64,000 bases of DNA from the human T2T-CHM13v2.0 reference genome, Homo sapiens. The stretch lies in assembly GCF_009914755.1 (NCBI RefSeq), contig NC_060938.1. One strand, given 5' to 3'. The first letter of the stretch is position 1, and each line of letters starts with the position of its first letter. Shown piece by piece: positions 63,300 through 64,000 of this stretch. The notes under the pieces were generated by a model. The model saw only the letters and a program-made list of their open reading frames with translations, had not been told where the DNA came from and did no database searches. The position numbers and the translations under genes were made by a program.

Positions 63300-64000
63300 A
63301 TGGCATTGAGCAAGGGTCTGAAGAAGGGAAGGGGGTAGGCTTGTGGCTCTCACAGGGAAGAGCATTCCAGAGAAAAGTAAGCGTGCGTGGAAAGGCCCCG
63401 AGGCAAGCAAAGGAGAGCCTGGAGGCGAGTGCTCTGAAACAGGAGTGCAGGGAGGAGCCATGGGCGCTGAAATTAGAAAACACCCTTAATTATGGTGCTG
63501 GGAGCTGAGATTCAAACTCAGAACTAGTTCCCAAGTCCTTGCTCAGCCCCATTGCAGGCACCCTAGATGACAGGCTGGTGTGATTGAGTTGATTCTGTTC
63601 TTTCTAAAGAGGGTTTTGTGTGGTCCAACACTGGATATCAGGTAGTGGGGGTGAAGAATTCCATTTCAAAGTAAGTGTAATGTCTCTATCTTCGGAATCA
63701 AAAATCAGAATATAAATTTCAATAAGTACATGAACTTACAAGCAGGTAGAACAGAGCATTTGAACGTAGGGCATCCAAGATATCCAGGACCTCGAATGAG
63801 CACAAAAGCTTTTCCATCCCAAAGATCCTCAGGCACTTTACCTTTATCCACCTCTAATAAGAAGCACCTCCTTCACTGGCCTGGGGAGGAGCAAGCTGGG
63901 ATTCTTTAAAGTCCTCTACCTGCCAGGGCAGCAGCGAAGTCCAAGAGGGCAGAATGCAGGGGTGGGGGTTAGGTGGCCAGGGGTCCCAGAGACCCAGTCC

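Overview
Primate (very likely human) genomic DNA containing the 3' part of TTC9 (TTC9A, a TPR-domain protein) on the + strand. It covers most of intron 1, a 183-nt coding exon (21548-21730), intron 2 and the terminal exon (CDS 25060-25139, then the 3' UTR). About 35 kb of repeat-rich downstream sequence follows. Apart from the TTC9 exons I see no protein-coding sequence; the listed ORFs are Alu-, L1-, LTR- or low-complexity artefacts. Repeats include about 30 Alu copies or fragments, three ERV1 solo LTRs with intact 4-bp target-site duplications (TSDs; MER57-, MER4D- and LTR9-like), MaLR LTRs, hAT DNA transposons (MER45, MER20, MER33, MER5), L1/L2/MIR relics and microsatellites. I found no convincing novel gene system. 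Two local rearrangements stand out. (1) A ~270-bp, ~95%-identical copy of sequence from 1.9 kb downstream is inserted inside a (TA)n tract, with short donor-like fragments scattered through the tract, which looks like a fossil templated-repair event. (2) An old inverted duplication (42.2-42.5 kb versus 43.5-44.1 kb) ends exactly at an Alu-monomer A-tail. Several nested or same-site transposon insertions and a few candidate enhancer motif clusters are also noted. Repeat family names come from remembered consensus sequences and were not computed.
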